This document shows, in pieces, positions 34,701 through 48,209 of a stretch of DNA of 64,000 bases; within the stretch, counting starts at the first letter, position 1, and every line of letters starts with the position of its first letter. The DNA is from Macrostomum lignano (lineage: Eukaryota), in contig NIVC01001694.1 in NCBI GenBank assembly GCA_002269645.1, forward strand, positions 62,001 to 126,000. Reading direction: 5' to 3'. Under the pieces are notes generated by a model. The model was given only the letters and a program-made list of their open reading frames with translations, was not told the origin of the DNA and searched no databases. The translations under genes were made by a program, and so were the position numbers.

Positions 34701-37700
34701 TGAAGATTTGATCCTGTGAAGATTCGATTCTGTAAAGATTTGAGCTTGTGAAGATTCGATCTTGTGAAGATTTGAGCTTGTGAAGATTTGATCCTGTGAA
34801 GATTCGATCTTGTGAAGATTTGAGCTTGTGAAGATTCGATCTTGTGAAGATTTGAGCTTGTGAAGATTTGATTCTGTAAGATTTGAGCTTGTGAAGATTT
34901 GATCCTGTGAAGATTTGAGCTTGTTAGGATTTGATCCTGTGAAGATTCGATTCTGTGAAGATTTGAGCTTTTGAAGATTTGATCCTGTGAAGATTCGATT
35001 CTGTAAAGATTTGAGCTTGTGAAGATTCGATCTTGTGAAGATTTGAGCTTGTGAAGATTTGATCCTGTGAAGATTCGATCTTGTGAAGATTTGAGCTTGT
35101 GAAGATTCGATCTTGTGAAGATTTGAGCTTGTGAAGATTTGATCCTGTGAAGATTCGATCTTGTGAAGATTTGAGCTTGTGAAGATTTGTTTCTGTAAGA
35201 TTTGAGCTTGTGAAGATTTGATCCTGTGAAGATTTGAGCTTGTTAGGATTTGATCCTGTGAAGATTCGATTCTGTGAAGATTTGAGCTTTTGAAGATTTG
35301 ATCCTGTGAAGATTCGATTCTGTAAAGATTTGAGCTTGTGAAGATTCGATCTTGTGAAGATTTGAGCTTGTGAAGATTTGATTCTGTAAGATTTGAGCTT
35401 GTGAAGATTTGATCCTGTGAAGATTTGAGCTTGTTAGGATTTGATCCTGTGAAGATTCGATTCTGTGAAGATTTGAGCTTTTGAAGATTTGATCCTGTGA
35501 AGATTCGATTCTGTAAAGATTTGAGCTTGTGAAGATTTGATCTTGTGAAGATTTGAGCTTGTGAAGATTTGATCCTGTGAAGATTCGATTCTGTGAAGAT
35601 TTGAGCTTGTGAGTATTCGATCCTGTGAAGATTTGAGCTTGTTAGGATTTGATCCTGTGAAGATTCGATTCTGTGAAGATTTGAGCTTTTGAAGATTTGA
35701 TCCTGTGAAGATTCGATTCTGTAAAGATTTGAGCTTGTGAAGATTCGATCTTGTGAAGATTTGAGCTTGTGAAGATTCGATCCTGTAAGATTTGAGCTTG
35801 TGAAGATTTGATCCTGTGAAGATTTGAGCTTGTTAGGATTTGATCCTGTGAAGATTCGATTCTGTGAAGATTTGAGCTTTTGAAGATTTGATCCTGTGAA
35901 GATTCGATTCTGTAAAGATTTCAGCTTTTGAAGATTTGATCTTGTGAAGATTTGAGCTTGTGAAGATTTGATCCTGTGAAGATTCGATTCTGTGAAGATT
36001 TGAGCTTGTGAATATTCGATCCTGTGAAGATTTGAGCTTGTGAAGATTCGATCCTGTGAAGATTTGAGCTTGTGAAGATTTGATCCTGTGAAGATTTGAG
36101 CTTGTTAGGATTTGATCCTGTGAAGATTCGATTCTGTGAAGATTTGAGCTTTTGAAGATTTGATCCTGTGAAGATTCGATTCTGTAAAGATTTGAGCTTG
36201 TGAAGATTCGATCTTGTGAAGATTTGAGCTTGTGAAGATTTGATCCTGTGAAGATTCGATCTTGTGAAGATTTGAGCTTGTGAAGATTCGATCTTGTGAA
36301 GATTTGAGCTTGAGAAGATTTGATCCTGTGAAGATTCGATCTTGTGAAGATTTGAGCTTGTGAAGATTTGTTTCTGTAAGATTTGAGCTTGTGAAGATTT
36401 GATCCTGTGAAGATTTGAGCTTGTTAGGATTTGATCCTGTGAAGATTCGATTCTGTGAAGATTTGAGCTTTTGAAGATTTGATCCTGGAAGATTCGATTC
36501 TGTAAAGATTTGAGCTTGTGAAGATTCGATCTTGTGAAGATTTGAGCTTGTGAAGATTTGATTCTGTAAGATTTGAGCTTGTGAAGATTTGATCCTGTGA
36601 AGATTTGAGCTTGTTAGGATTTGATCCTGTGAAGATTCGATTCTGTGAAGATTTGAGCTTTTGAAGATTTGATCCTGTGAAGATTCGATTCTGTAAAGAT
36701 TTGAGCTTGTGAAGATTCGATCTTGTGAAGATTTGAGCTTGTGAAGATTTGATCCTGTGAAGATTCGATCTTGTGAAGATTTGAGCTTGTGAAGATTCGA
36801 TCTTGTGAAGATTTGAGCTTGTGAAGATTTGATTCTGTAAGATTTGAGCTTGTGAAGATTTGATCCTGTGAAGATTTGAGCTTGTTAGGATTTGATCCTG
36901 TGAAGATTCGATTCTGTGAAGATTTGAGCTTTTGAAGATTTGATCCTGTGAAGATTCGATTCTGTAAAGATTTGAGCTTGTGAAGATTCGATCTTGTGAA
37001 GATTTGAGCTTGTGAAGATTTGATCCTGTGAAGATTCGATCTTGTGAAGATTTGAGCTTGTGAAGATTCGATCTTGTGAAGATTTGAGCTTGTGAAGATT
37101 TGATCCTGTGAAGATTCGATCTTGTGAAGATTTGAGCTTGTGAAGATTTGTTTCTGTAAGATTTGAGCTTGTGAAGATTTGATCCTGTGAAGATTTGAGC
37201 TTGTTAGGATTTGATCCTGTGAAGATTCGATTCTGTGAAGATTTGAGCTTTTGAAGATTTGATCCTGTGAAGATTCGATTCTGTAAAGATTTGAGCTTGT
37301 GAAGATTCGATCTTGTGAAGATTTGAGCTTGTGAAGATTTGATTCTGTAAGATTTGAGCTTGTGAAGATTTGATCCTGTGAAGATTTGAGCTTGTTAGGA
37401 TTTGATCCTGTGAAGATTCGATTCTGTGAAGATTTGAGCTTTTGAAGATTTGATCCTGTGAAGATTCGATTCTGTAAAGATTTGAGCTTGTGAAGATTTG
37501 ATCTTGTGAAGATTTGAGCTTGTGAAGATTTGATCCTGTGAAGATTCGATTCTGTGAAGATTTGAGCTTGTGAGTATTCGATCCTGTGAAGATTTGAGCT
37601 TGTTAGGATTTGATCCTGTGAAGATTCGATTCTGTGAAGATTTGAGCTTTTGAAGATTTGATCCTGTGAAGATTCGATTCTGTAAAGATTTGAGCTTGTG

Positions 37701-40700
37701 AAGATTCGATCTTGTGAAGATTTGAGCTTGTGAAGATTCGATCCTGTAAGATTTGAGCTTGTGAAGATTTGATCCTGTGAAGATTTGAGCTTGTTAGGAT
37801 TTGATCCTGTGAAGATTCGATTCTGTGAAGATTTGAGCTTTTGAAGATTTGATCCTGTGAAGATTCGATTCTGTAAAGATTTCAGCTTTTGAAGATTTGA
37901 TCTTGTGAAGATTTGAGCTTGTGAAGATTTGATCCTGTGAAGATTCGATTCTGTGAAGATTTGAGCTTGTGAATATTCGATCCTGTGAAGATTTGAGCTT
38001 GTGAAGATTCGATCCTGTGAAGATTTGAGCTTGTGAAGATTTGATCCTGTGAAGATTTGAGCTTGTTAGGATTTGATCCTGTGAAGATTCGATTCTGTGA
38101 AGATTTGAGCTTTTGAAGATTTGATCCTGTGAAGATTCGATTCTGTAAAGATTTGAGCTTGTGAAGATTCGATCTTGTGAAGATTTGAGCTTGTGAAGAT
38201 TTGATCCTGTGAAGATTCGATCTTGTGAAGATTTGAGCTTGTGAAGATTCGATCTTGTGAAGATTTGAGCTTGTGAAGATTTGATCCTGTGAAGATTCGA
38301 TCTTGTGAAGATTTGAGCTTGTGAAGATTTGTTTCTGTAAGATTTGAGCTTGTGAAGATTTGATCCTGTGAAGATTTGAGCTTGTTAGGATTTGATCCTG
38401 TGAAGATTCGATTCTGTGAAGATTTGAGCTTTTGAAGATTTGATCCTGGGAAGATTCGATTCTGTAAAGATTTCAGCTTTTGAAGATTTGATCTTGTGAA
38501 GATTTGAGCTTGTGAAGATTTGATCCTGTGAAGATTCGATTCTGTGAAGATTTGAGCTTGTGAATATTCGATCCTGTGAAGATTCGATTCTGTAAAGATT
38601 TGAGCTTGTGAAGATTCGATCTTGTGAAGATTTGAGCTTGTGAAGATTTGATTCTGTAAGATTTGAGCTTGTGAAGATTTGATCCTGTGAAGATTTGAGC
38701 TTGTTAGGATTTGATCCTGTGAAGATTCGATTCTGTGAAGATTTGAGCTTTTGAAGATTTGATCCTGTGAAGATTCGATTCTGTAAAGATTTGAGCTTGT
38801 GAAGATTTGATCTTGTGAAGATTTGAGCTTGTGAAGATTTGATCCTGTGAAGATTCGATTCTGTGAAGATTTGAGCTTGTGAGTATTCGATCCTGTGAAG
38901 ATTTGAGCTTGTTAGGATTTGATCCTGTGAAGATTCGATTCTGTGATGATTTGAGCTTTTGAAGATTTGATCCTGTGAAGATTCGATTCTGTAAAGATTT
39001 GAGCTTGTGAAGATTCGATCCTGTAAGATTTGAGCTTGTGAAGATTTGATCCTGTGAAGATTTGAGCTTGTTAGGATTTGATCCTGTGAAGATTCGATTC
39101 TGTGAAGATTTGAGCTTTTGAAGATTTGATCCTGTGAAGATTCGATTCTGTAAAGATTTCAGCTTTTGAAGATTTGATCTTGTGAAGATTTGAGCTTGTG
39201 AAGATTTGATCCTGTGAAGATTCGATTCTGTGAAGATTTGAGCTTGTGAATATTCGATCCTGTGAAGATTTGAGCTTGTGAATATTCGATCCTGTGAAGA
39301 TTTGATCCTGTGAAGATTCGATTCTGTGAAGATTTGAGCTTTTGAAGATTTGATCCTGTGAAGATTCGATTCTGTAAAGATTTGAGCTTGTGAAGATTCG
39401 ATCTTGTGAAGATTTGAGCTTGTGAAGATTTGATCCTGTGAAGATTCGATCTTGTGAATATTTGAGCTTGTGAAGATTCGATCTTGTGAAGATTTGAGCT
39501 TGTGAAGATTTGATCCTGTGAAGATTCGATCTTGTGAAGATTTGAGCTTGTGAAGATTTGTTTCTGTAAGATTTGAGCTTGTGAAGATTTGATCCTGTGA
39601 AGATTTGAGCTTGTTAGGATTTGATCCTGTGAAGATTCGATTCTGTGAAGATTTGAGCTTTTGAAGATTTGATCCTGTGAAGATTCGATTCTGTAAAGAT
39701 TTGAGCTTGTGAAGATTCGATCTTGTGAAGATTTGAGCTTGTGAAGATTTGATTCTGTAAGATTTGAGCTTGTGAAGATTTGATCCTGTGAAGATTTGAG
39801 CTTGTTAGGATTTGATCCTGTGAAGATTCGATTCTGTGAAGATTTGAGCTTTTGAAGATTTGATCCTGTGAAGATTCGATTCTGTAAAGATTTGAGCTTG
39901 TGAAGATTTGATCTTGTGAAGATTTGAGCTTGTGAAGATTTGATCCTGTGAAGATTCGATTCTGTGAAGATTTGAGCTTGTGAGTATTCGATCCTGTGAA
40001 GATTTGAGCTTGTTAGGATTTGATCCTGTGAAGATTCGATTCTGTGAAGATTTGAGCTTTTGAAGATTTGATCCTGTGAAGATTCGATTCTGTAAAGATT
40101 TGAGCTTGTGAAGATTCGATATTGTGAAGATTTGAGCTTGTGAAGATTTGATTCTGTAAGATTTGAGCTTGTGAAGATTTGATCCTGTGAAGATTTGAGC
40201 TTGTTAGGATTTGATCCTGTGAAGATTCGATTCTGTGAAGATTTGAGCTTTTGAAGATTTGATCCTGTGAAGATTCGATTCTGTAAAGATTTGAGCTTGT
40301 GAAGATTCGATCTTGTGAAGATTTGAGCTTGTGAAGATTTGATCCTGTGAAGATTCGATCTTGTGAAGATTTGAGCTTGTGAAGATTCGATCTTGTGAAG
40401 ATTTGAGCTTGTGAAGATTTGATTCTGTAAGATTTGAGCTTGTGAAGATTTGATCCTGTGAAGATTTGAGCTTGTTAGGATTTGATCCTGTGAAGATTCG
40501 ATTCTGTAAAGATTTGAGCTTGTGAAGATTCGATCCTGTGAAGATTTGAGCTTGTGAAGATTCGATCCTGTAAGATTTGAGCTTGTGAAGATTTGATCCT
40601 GTGAAGATTTGAGCTTGTTAGGATTTGATCCTGTGAAGATTCGATTCTGTGAAGATTTGAGCTTTTGAAGATTTGATCCTGTGAAGATTCGATTCTGTAA

Positions 40701-40938
40701 AGATTTGAGCTTTTGAAGATTTGATCTTGTGAAGATTTGAGCTTGTGAAGATTTGAGCTTGTGAATATTCGATCCTGTGAAGATTTGAGCTTGTGAAGAT
40801 TCGATCCTGTGAAGATTTGAGCTTGTGGAGATTCGATCCTGTGAAGATTTGATTCTGTAAAGATTTGAGCTTGTGAAGATTCGATCCCGTGAAGATCCGA
40901 TCCTGTGAAGATTCGATCCCGTGAAGATCCGATCCTGT
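31726..40938 (+). repeat. 9.2-kb satellite of 16-bp monomers (TGTGAAGATTYGAKCY), ~575 copies, with higher-order structure
   Basis: Direct reading. Diagnostic variants recur at fixed spacings (see findings). Confidence 0.98.
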
Positions 40939-42119
40939 GAAGATTCGAGCTTGTGAAGTTTGGAGATCATAAAACCCTCAGATCCGAACACCAGCTGCCT
41001 GCCCAAGCACAAGAAAGGAACCGACATATAAAAGCAAGTTTATGCAGTTATGAAATATTAAAAGTAAGTAGATGCCAGAATTAGGTGCTGAGCTCCTAGC
41101 TAAATTAAGAACTGAATAAACTATTTATCAGACGAAATTGAAATTAATTTTCTAAGTTTATCTCACTTGATTGTCTAAATCCTGCACAAATTAAAAAAAA
41201 GAAAGCGTAAGACTGAAGTTTTTGTGAAAAGCGACAAATCAATTCCAGTAATTGGGCATATTTATATTTTTCATTGATTAGCAGGAGGCCACGTGACTTC
41301 TTTCACCTACTTATTTTTGCCTTGTAGTAGATAGTTTGCTAATTAATCAAATCAATTAGATTAATTTCTGTACTTAAAAAAGTCACGCGCCATGACGCGT
41401 GTGTAGTTGAAAATAGTTTTTTTGTTATATTGAGTGGGCGTTTTCAAATCTATTTTAGTGACAAAGCATGCACCGAGCCTACGACTATGAAGTGAATGTA
41501 TAGGCTTGCAAATAAACAATTCAAACTCAATAAGGTTTTGTTTTATTACATGAATATTTAGAACTGAAACTAAGCTTTACGAAGACTTGCAGTTGGGCAG
41601 TGTACTATTAACTATAACAGTGCATAGTTAAAGTACATATTCGTGTTAATCACAAGCGAAATAAAGGTTGGTTAGTAAAGAGCACAGCTAAACTCAAATA
41701 GTCGCATGACATTTCAACTGCGTTGGATAAATAAGCTGATTAAATAATAGTAACAATTAGTAAAAAAAACAGCAGCGGATGATGCAACAGTTAGTACAAT
41801 TTTGCCCGATATGTATCGAAAAAAACGGTTTTAGCAAAAAACGAACGAAATTCAACACCGCGTAGACATCAGATACGATACTAGTGGCGGTTAGTTATAA
41901 ATTAATAACTTGATCCGTGGGAAATTCGCGGTTATACCGCGTAAAGTGCACGGAATTTCCGCGGCAATACCACGATAATTCCATGGAATTTCCGCGGGAA
42001 ATCCATCTTACTTTGTTATTTCAGCAGGTTAAAATATTAGGAAGCTGTACTAAGATAGGCACATTTAGTTTTAGCTGTTTGTTTGGACTTCTAATCGACT
42101 GCACCGATTGAATGCATAA

Positions 42120-42539
42120 TCAATTGTAGCCTTCTTCCTTCTTGCCGTGCTTGATCATCTTCGTAAACTCGGAGTAATTAAACCGGCCGTCCTGCACCGG
42201 AGCTCCGTGCAGGAGCTCGTCAACCTGCTCATCAGTCCAGCGATCGCCCATAGTGGTGAGAATCTCGCGCAGCCGCTCCTCGGAGATCTGCCCGGAGCCT
42301 TCAGGATCGAAGCAGCCAAAGGCGTTCTTGATTGTCTCCTCCGGGTCGCTGCCGGACATTTTCTCGCCGAACAGAGTGAGAAACATGGTGAAGTTAATGG
42401 GGCCGGGGGCCTCGCTCACCATCTCTTCGGCGTATTGCTGCAGACCGACTTCGTTTTTGCCGAGTGAGACCAGAATCTCTGACAGATCCTCGGCGTCGAT
42501 GAAGCCATCCTTGTTGATGTCGATCATGTTGAAGGCTTC
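42120..42539 (-). CDS. Myosin regulatory light chain (MYL9/MYL12/sqh-like), coding exon 2
   Basis: [21 protein letters not shown]-hand, [39 protein letters not shown]. Phase-0 acceptor ccag ending at 42540. Confidence 0.95.
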   Translation of the reverse strand, partial: EAFNMIDINKDGFIDAEDLSEILVSLGKNEVGLQQYAEEMVSEAPGPINFTMFLTLFGEKMSGSDPEETIKNAFGCFDPEGSGQISEERLREILTTMGDRWTDEQVDELLHGAPVQDGRFNYSEFTKMIKHGKKEEGYN

Positions 42540-42624
42540 CTGGATTAATGAGGATCAGTGCAGGGCTAATTTAGCGCCTCAATGAATAATCCAGTTCATC
42601 AAAAGATAATTTTGCCGCAACAAA

Positions 42625-43060
42625 AGCTAATTTGGGATCTGAGAAGCTAATTTGGCATCTGAGAAGCTAACTTGGCATCTGAGAAGCTAATTTGGCATTT
42701 GAGAAGCTAATTTGGCATCTGAGAAGCTAATTTGGCATCTGAGAAGCTAATTTGGCATCTGAGAAGCTAATTTGGCATCTGAGAAGCTAACTTGGCATCT
42801 GAGAAGCTAATTTTGAATCTGAGAAGCTAATTTGGCATCTGAGAAGCTAATTTGGCATCTGAGAAGCTAACTTGGCATCTGAGAAGCTAATTTGGCATTT
42901 GAGAAGCTAATTTGGCATCTGAGAAGCTAATTTGGCATTTGAGAAGCTAATTCGGCATCTGAAAAGCTAATTTGGCATCTGAGAAGCTATTTCGGCATAT
43001 TGGTACTTGAGAACCTAGTCTAGCATTTGAGAAGCTAATTTGGCATCTCAGAAGCTAATT
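42625..43060 (+). repeat. 20-bp minisatellite (GAGAAGCTAATTTGGCATCT), ~20 copies, intronic
   Basis: Direct reading. Unrelated to the GC-rich 20-mer. Confidence 0.95.
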
Positions 43061-43669
43061 AGGCCGCTACAAACGACAGAATTTCTTTAAAAAAGAAGCC
43101 TATCAAAACATCAAGAAAATCACGGAATGCAAGTCAAGAACACATAGCCGGACTACTATTAGTAAGTAAATAGCAAATTTAGACTAAATTGGTATTATTG
43201 AACTATTTGGCAAATAACCACTATTAGCATACCAGCTTCAAGTCCCGCAAGACATGGAATGAAAAACTCAAGGAAAAAACATTGGCGCTATGTTTAGCAA
43301 AACACACAAGTGACTTGTTAACTACTAAGCCGCATGTTACAGACTAAGCTAATTACAAAAGCATTTCCCTGTTAACTGGTTTGTTGGTTTGTTACAACGG
43401 CTGAATTTCTGCTTTTGCACAGAAAACTGCAAGTCAACTTGCGAAGAAATTTCTTGGCAAGAGAAATAAAGAAGTAAGACGCAGATACAGATGCAGATGC
43501 AGCAGCGATTCACAGAATATTGAAGTTTTGAACAGCGCACCATGGGTAAAACTGCTTTAGTGGCCAATTTTAATGGGGCGATTGAGGTACGCTACACGGA
43601 GCAAGGAGATACGAGTATATTCGGAGTCCGAGAAGAAAAATGAGGAAAGGAAAGGAGAGGAGAGGGAAA

Positions 43670-45050
43670 CTAGAGAAGAAAGGAGAGAAAAAAGAAAAGA
43701 AGACGAGAGAAGCGAGGAAACGAGAGAAGACGGAAGGAGAGGAGAGAGATGAGAAAAGAGATGGGATGAGATAGGAGATGAGAGGAGAGAGGAGACGAGA
43801 CAAGAGAGGAGACAAGAGAGATCAGAGGAGAGTAGAGGAGAGTAGAGGAGAGTAGAGGAGAGGAGAATAAAGTAGAGGAGAGGAGATCAGAGGAGAGGAG
43901 AGGAGAGTAGAGAAGAGTAGAGGAGAGTAGAGGAGAGTAGAGTAGAGTAGAGGAGAGGAGAGTAGAGGAGAGTAGAGGAGAGTAGAGGAGAGGAGAGGAG
44001 AGGAGATCAGAGGAGAGGAGAGAAGAAGAGAGTAGAGTAGAGTAGAGTAGAGGAGAGGAGATCAGAGGAGAGGAGAGTAGAGTAAAGTAGAGGAGAGGAG
44101 ATCAGAGGAGAGGAGATCAGAGGAGAGGAGAGTAGAGTAGAGTAGAGGAGAGGAGAGTAGAGGAGAGGAGAGTAGAGGAGAGGAGAGTAGAGGAGAGGAG
44201 AGGAGGAGAGTAGAGGTGAGGAGAGTAGAGGAGAGTAGAGTAAAGTAGAGGAGAGGAGATCAGAGGAGAGGAGAGTAGAGGAGAGGAGAGTAGAGGAGAG
44301 TAGAGTAAAGTAGAGGAGAGGAGATCAGAGGAGAGGAGAGTAGAGGAGAGGAGAGGAGAGGAGAGGAGAGGAGAGGAGAGTAGAGAAGAGTAGAGGAGAG
44401 TAGAGGAGAGTAGAGTAGAGTAGAGGAGAGGAGAGTAGAGGAGAGTAGAGGAGAGTAGAGGAGAGGAGAGGAGAGGAGATCAGAGGAGAGGAGAGAAGAA
44501 GAGAGTAGAGTAGAGTAGAGTAGAGGAGAGGAGATCAGAGGAGAGGAGAGGAGAGTAGAGTAAAGTAGAGGAGAGGAGATCAGAGGAGAGGAGATCAGAG
44601 GAGAGGAGAGTAGAGTAGAGGAGAGTAGAGTAGAGTAGAGGAGAGGAGAGTAGAGGAGAGGAGAGTAGAGGAGAGGAGAGGAGGAGAGTAGAGGAGAGGA
44701 GAGTAGAGGAGAGTAGAGTAAAGTAGAGGAGAGGAGATCAGAGGAGAGGAGAGTAGAGGAGAGGAGAGGAGAGGAGAGGAGAGTAGAGGAGAGTAGAGGA
44801 GAGGAAAGGAGAGGAGAGTAGAGTAAAGTAGAGGAGAGGAGATCAGAGGAGAGGAGAGTAGAGTAGAGGAGAGGAGAGGAGAGGAGAGTAGAGGAGAGGA
44901 GACGAGAGAGGAGACGGGACGAGAGAGGAGAGGAGACAAGTGGGATAGGAAAGACTGATACCAGAGGAGAGGAGAGAGTGACACATGGAGAGAAGACGAG
45001 AGAAGAGATGAGACGGGGAGAGAAGACGAGAGATAAGACGAGAGAGGAGA
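43670..45050 (+). repeat. Purine-rich (GAGAG/TAGAG/AGGAG) degenerate pentamer repeat, intronic
   Basis: Direct reading. Confidence 0.95.
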
Positions 45051-45171
45051 GGATAGAACTATCTAATCCAACGTCAGACACATCGACATCGCTAGCAAAT
45101 GGATAATTTTACACTACACCGACATTTGGCCAACGTAGAGAGACGAGAGGGGTAGAGAAGAGCTGGCAGAG

Positions 45172-45532
45172 ATGAGCCAGAGAACAGGGGGCGGGGGCAG
45201 GGCACCGAGGCCAGTGTCGCGGAAACAGCCAGAGAACAGGGGGCGGGGGCAGGGCACCGAGGCCAGTGTCGCGGCAACAGCCAGAGAACAGGGGGCGGGG
45301 GCAGGGCACCGAGGCCAGTGTCGCGGCAACAGCCAGAGAACAGGGGGCGGGGGCAGGGCACCGAGGCCAGTGTCGCGGCAACAGCCAGAGAACAGGGGGC
45401 GGGGGCAGGGCACCGAGGCCAGTGTCGCGGCAACAGCCAGAGAACAGGGGGCGGGGGCAGGGCCAGTGTCGCGGCAACAGCCAGAGAACAGGGGGCGGGG
45501 GCAGGGCCAGTGTCGCGGCAACAGCCAGAGAA
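45172..45532 (+). repeat. 52-bp (44-bp variant) G-rich minisatellite, ~7 copies, intronic
   Basis: AGCCAGAGAACAGGGGGCGGGGGCAGGGCACCGAGGCCAGTGTCGCGGCAAC. Confidence 0.95.
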
Positions 45533-46500
45533 GTTCTCTACGAATTCCGTCCAGCGGGCAGCATTGATGCGCAGCGCAAACTGAGAGAAGTCCAGAAGCG
45601 TCATGCAACAGTCAAACACACCAACTAGTCTAGCAGGACGAAAGGCGTAGAGAACTTCTCCTTCGTTTAAAGCTGATTCAAAGTATGCCTGTCAGTCTGT
45701 CAGTGTTTCGGAGAATGGGCAGCCGCTCAGGAGTCGCGGACCCCTCCCAGCTTATATAGACAGTTTTCTGGCGTGCAGATTCTCTTATACTGGATATTAA
45801 ATTGCAATATTGGTGGTAGGCCACATCGTTAATCCTGCCAATAAAGGATTTCAGTTAGGCGCCAGCAAGGATTAGGGGGGACGCAAGCGGAGACGGGTCC
45901 AATAATCCCACGGCTATTAACTGGGCTCACGAACTCATCAAGACGCAAAAAAAAACAAAAAAATTGAAAAACTTATTTAAGATTTTTCAAGATTTTAATT
46001 ACACTTAGGTATAAGCATGGGCGGGATTATTTTATTTTCTCATTTTCTTCCTTTAATGTGCCAACTGCAAAAATCCCATTTAGTCTGTCTGCGACATGAC
46101 GTCATGCCTCTCTCTGACCTTTCGGACGGCGTGCCTTCCTTCTGTCAGACTTCTTAGCTTTCACAGTAGGCGTCCTTGTTGTCCGCTGACAAATTTAGAT
46201 CCCCCCAAACCTCTTCGTTGTCTTCCATTTTTTAAAAACCCGATGAAAACGATACCTAGACAAAGAAACGTCCTCAAAACGTTGTAAAATCACTGAGTTG
46301 CGTCTAAAGCGCATCTGCGTCACTTTTTAATTAGAATCGCATTTTGCATTTACAGCAACTCTTTTTAGTGAGTTATTTCTGAATGACTCTAGCGATTCTT
46401 GTCACGGTAACGTTTTTAACAGCCTTCTATTCCCTTTGATCGCTCCTTGTGTCTAATCTCACAAGAACACATGCGCGCAAACAGATGAAACAAAACTGAC

Positions 46501-46605
46501 CTTGAACTCCTGAACCGACTGCTCGGAGAACATGCTGAATACATTGCTGGTGTAGCGCTGGGTGCGCTGCCTCGGTCCGCGACGCTTGGCTGCAGCTTTG
46601 GACAT
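46501..46605 (-). CDS. Myosin regulatory light chain, coding exon 1 (35 aa; absent from the ORF track); full protein 174 aa
   Basis: Hand translation MSKAAAKRRGPRQRTQRYTSNVFSMFSEQSVQEFK followed by a GT donor (gtcagt) at 46500. Joins in phase 0 to EAF of exon 2, reproducing the conserved TSNVF..QEFKEAF. Confidence 0.93.
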
Positions 46606-47302
46606 TTTTGCTTTAACTTTTATTTAAATTGTATTACAACTGACAAAAATTTAGCCTTTGCAAGCTGCTTTTAGATAAGCTGAAATTGTTATATGTAATG
46701 TGCTTTTTACTGCTCTTCATTGTTTGTTATATTTTTCAGTACCGAGTTTACCTAATTGTTTTTGTAACAATTAATTCCATATTGTAAAAATCAATATTTG
46801 CAGGAAGGCCGTGAACATTTAACTCTGCATTGCTTCAGTTTGCCTTGTGCGATGGGAACCAGCATTAGCTGGGGTTAATTGAGGGTGTGTGTGACGACTC
46901 CCCAGTCCTTAGACTGAACAGCCATATACAGCCTTCAGATGCGCATCGCATGCACCATGCAAAATCTGCCACTGAGCTGCTGGTTGCACATAACGGTGTT
47001 TCATACACACAAATTAGTTAATTAGTAAACTAATAGTATAAAATTAAGTCTAAGATATGCAAACTTACTAACCATTTGCCTTAAGAATTTTTATTAAAAT
47101 ATAGACATTTATAACCAATATATATTGGTATTATTTTCTATAAAAGTTGTCTTCTAAATTATTAAACAAGAAATGCTTTATAAAATTGGTTTAACAATGC
47201 AATATAAGAATCTAATGATAGGTATTACTACATTGTTGTTTATATATGCTTTGTAAACTGTTGATTGCCCTTCAACTTGTGCTTTATTAATGGTATTGCT
47301 TA

Positions 47303-48209
47303 CGAGGTGTTTTCAAAAACAAATGTCAGTGGCTGGATATCTCTGCTCAGGCAAATGTGGCAAACCTGATTTTTTAGCATGTTTTACATTGCCATATTGT
47401 GACTTATCAGCTGAAAATTTAAGTCAATCCTTTGCATTATTTTAGCGCTAGCAGTAGTTGAAGCAAACTAATTGTTCCAAGGCGTTCTGCTACTGCCATG
47501 ACCCAAGCTCACACTTTTGTTTGTGACAAGGTGGGGTATAGCATCCTAGAGATCAAAGATGCCTGAGCCATGGCCCACCCAGACAAGCAGCTGTCAGAGG
47601 CAAATCTACCACCTCATCCGCCAAGTGATAGATGGCCAGGACATAGAAGATCAGTGCAGGTTCAATGCAAAGGAAACAAGGCAATCTGCAGAGACCATTG
47701 CAGCTGTGCAAGAGGCTGTCAAGTCTGATCGCCACAAAACCATGGAGGAATTGGCTGAATACTTTGACCTGTCTATCGGCATAGTCCACACGATCCTGCA
47801 CGCAGATCTCGGACTGTCCAAGAAGAGCGAGTGCTAGGGGTCCCTTGGCTACTGTTGCTGGAGCAGAAAGCGTGAGGAGTTTTCTAGAGAGATACTTGAT
47901 CCATGTACTTCCTCATCCACTGTACTTTCCAGGTTTGGCTCCTGCATACTTCTGGCTCTTTCGTAAAGCAAAACAAGAGTTATTGGTCATCCAGCTTGCT
48001 GACAACTCAGTCAGGAACAAGTTGGAACAGGTTGTGCGAGGTCTTCCAGCAGAAGCCCTAGCCCTGGCCTTCAGGAAGTGAATAGATCCCTGCAAAAAGT
48101 GCATCGAACTTGAAGGAGATTATGTTGAAAAAGTGTGAAAATAGAATTGTGTACCTGCTCAGAGAGCTGAGATATGAGGTCACTGACATTTGTTTTTGAA
48201 TACACCTTG
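47303..48209 (+). mobile_element. Internally deleted mariner (Tc1/mariner) element, ~907 bp
   Basis: ~29-bp TIRs (CGAGGTGTTTTCAAAAACAAATGTCAGTG versus the reverse complement of 48181-48209) flanked by TA. Transposase remnants: MEELAEYFDLSIGIVHTILHADLGL (HTH), LPHPLYFPGLAPAYFWLF (YSPDLAP-like), KKCIELEGDYVEK. Confidence 0.9.

Noticed and set aside
39159-41027. 622-aa ORF on the minus strand of the 16-bp satellite
   Set aside because: The reverse-complement monomer is almost stop-free, so the ORF is a by-product of the repeat.
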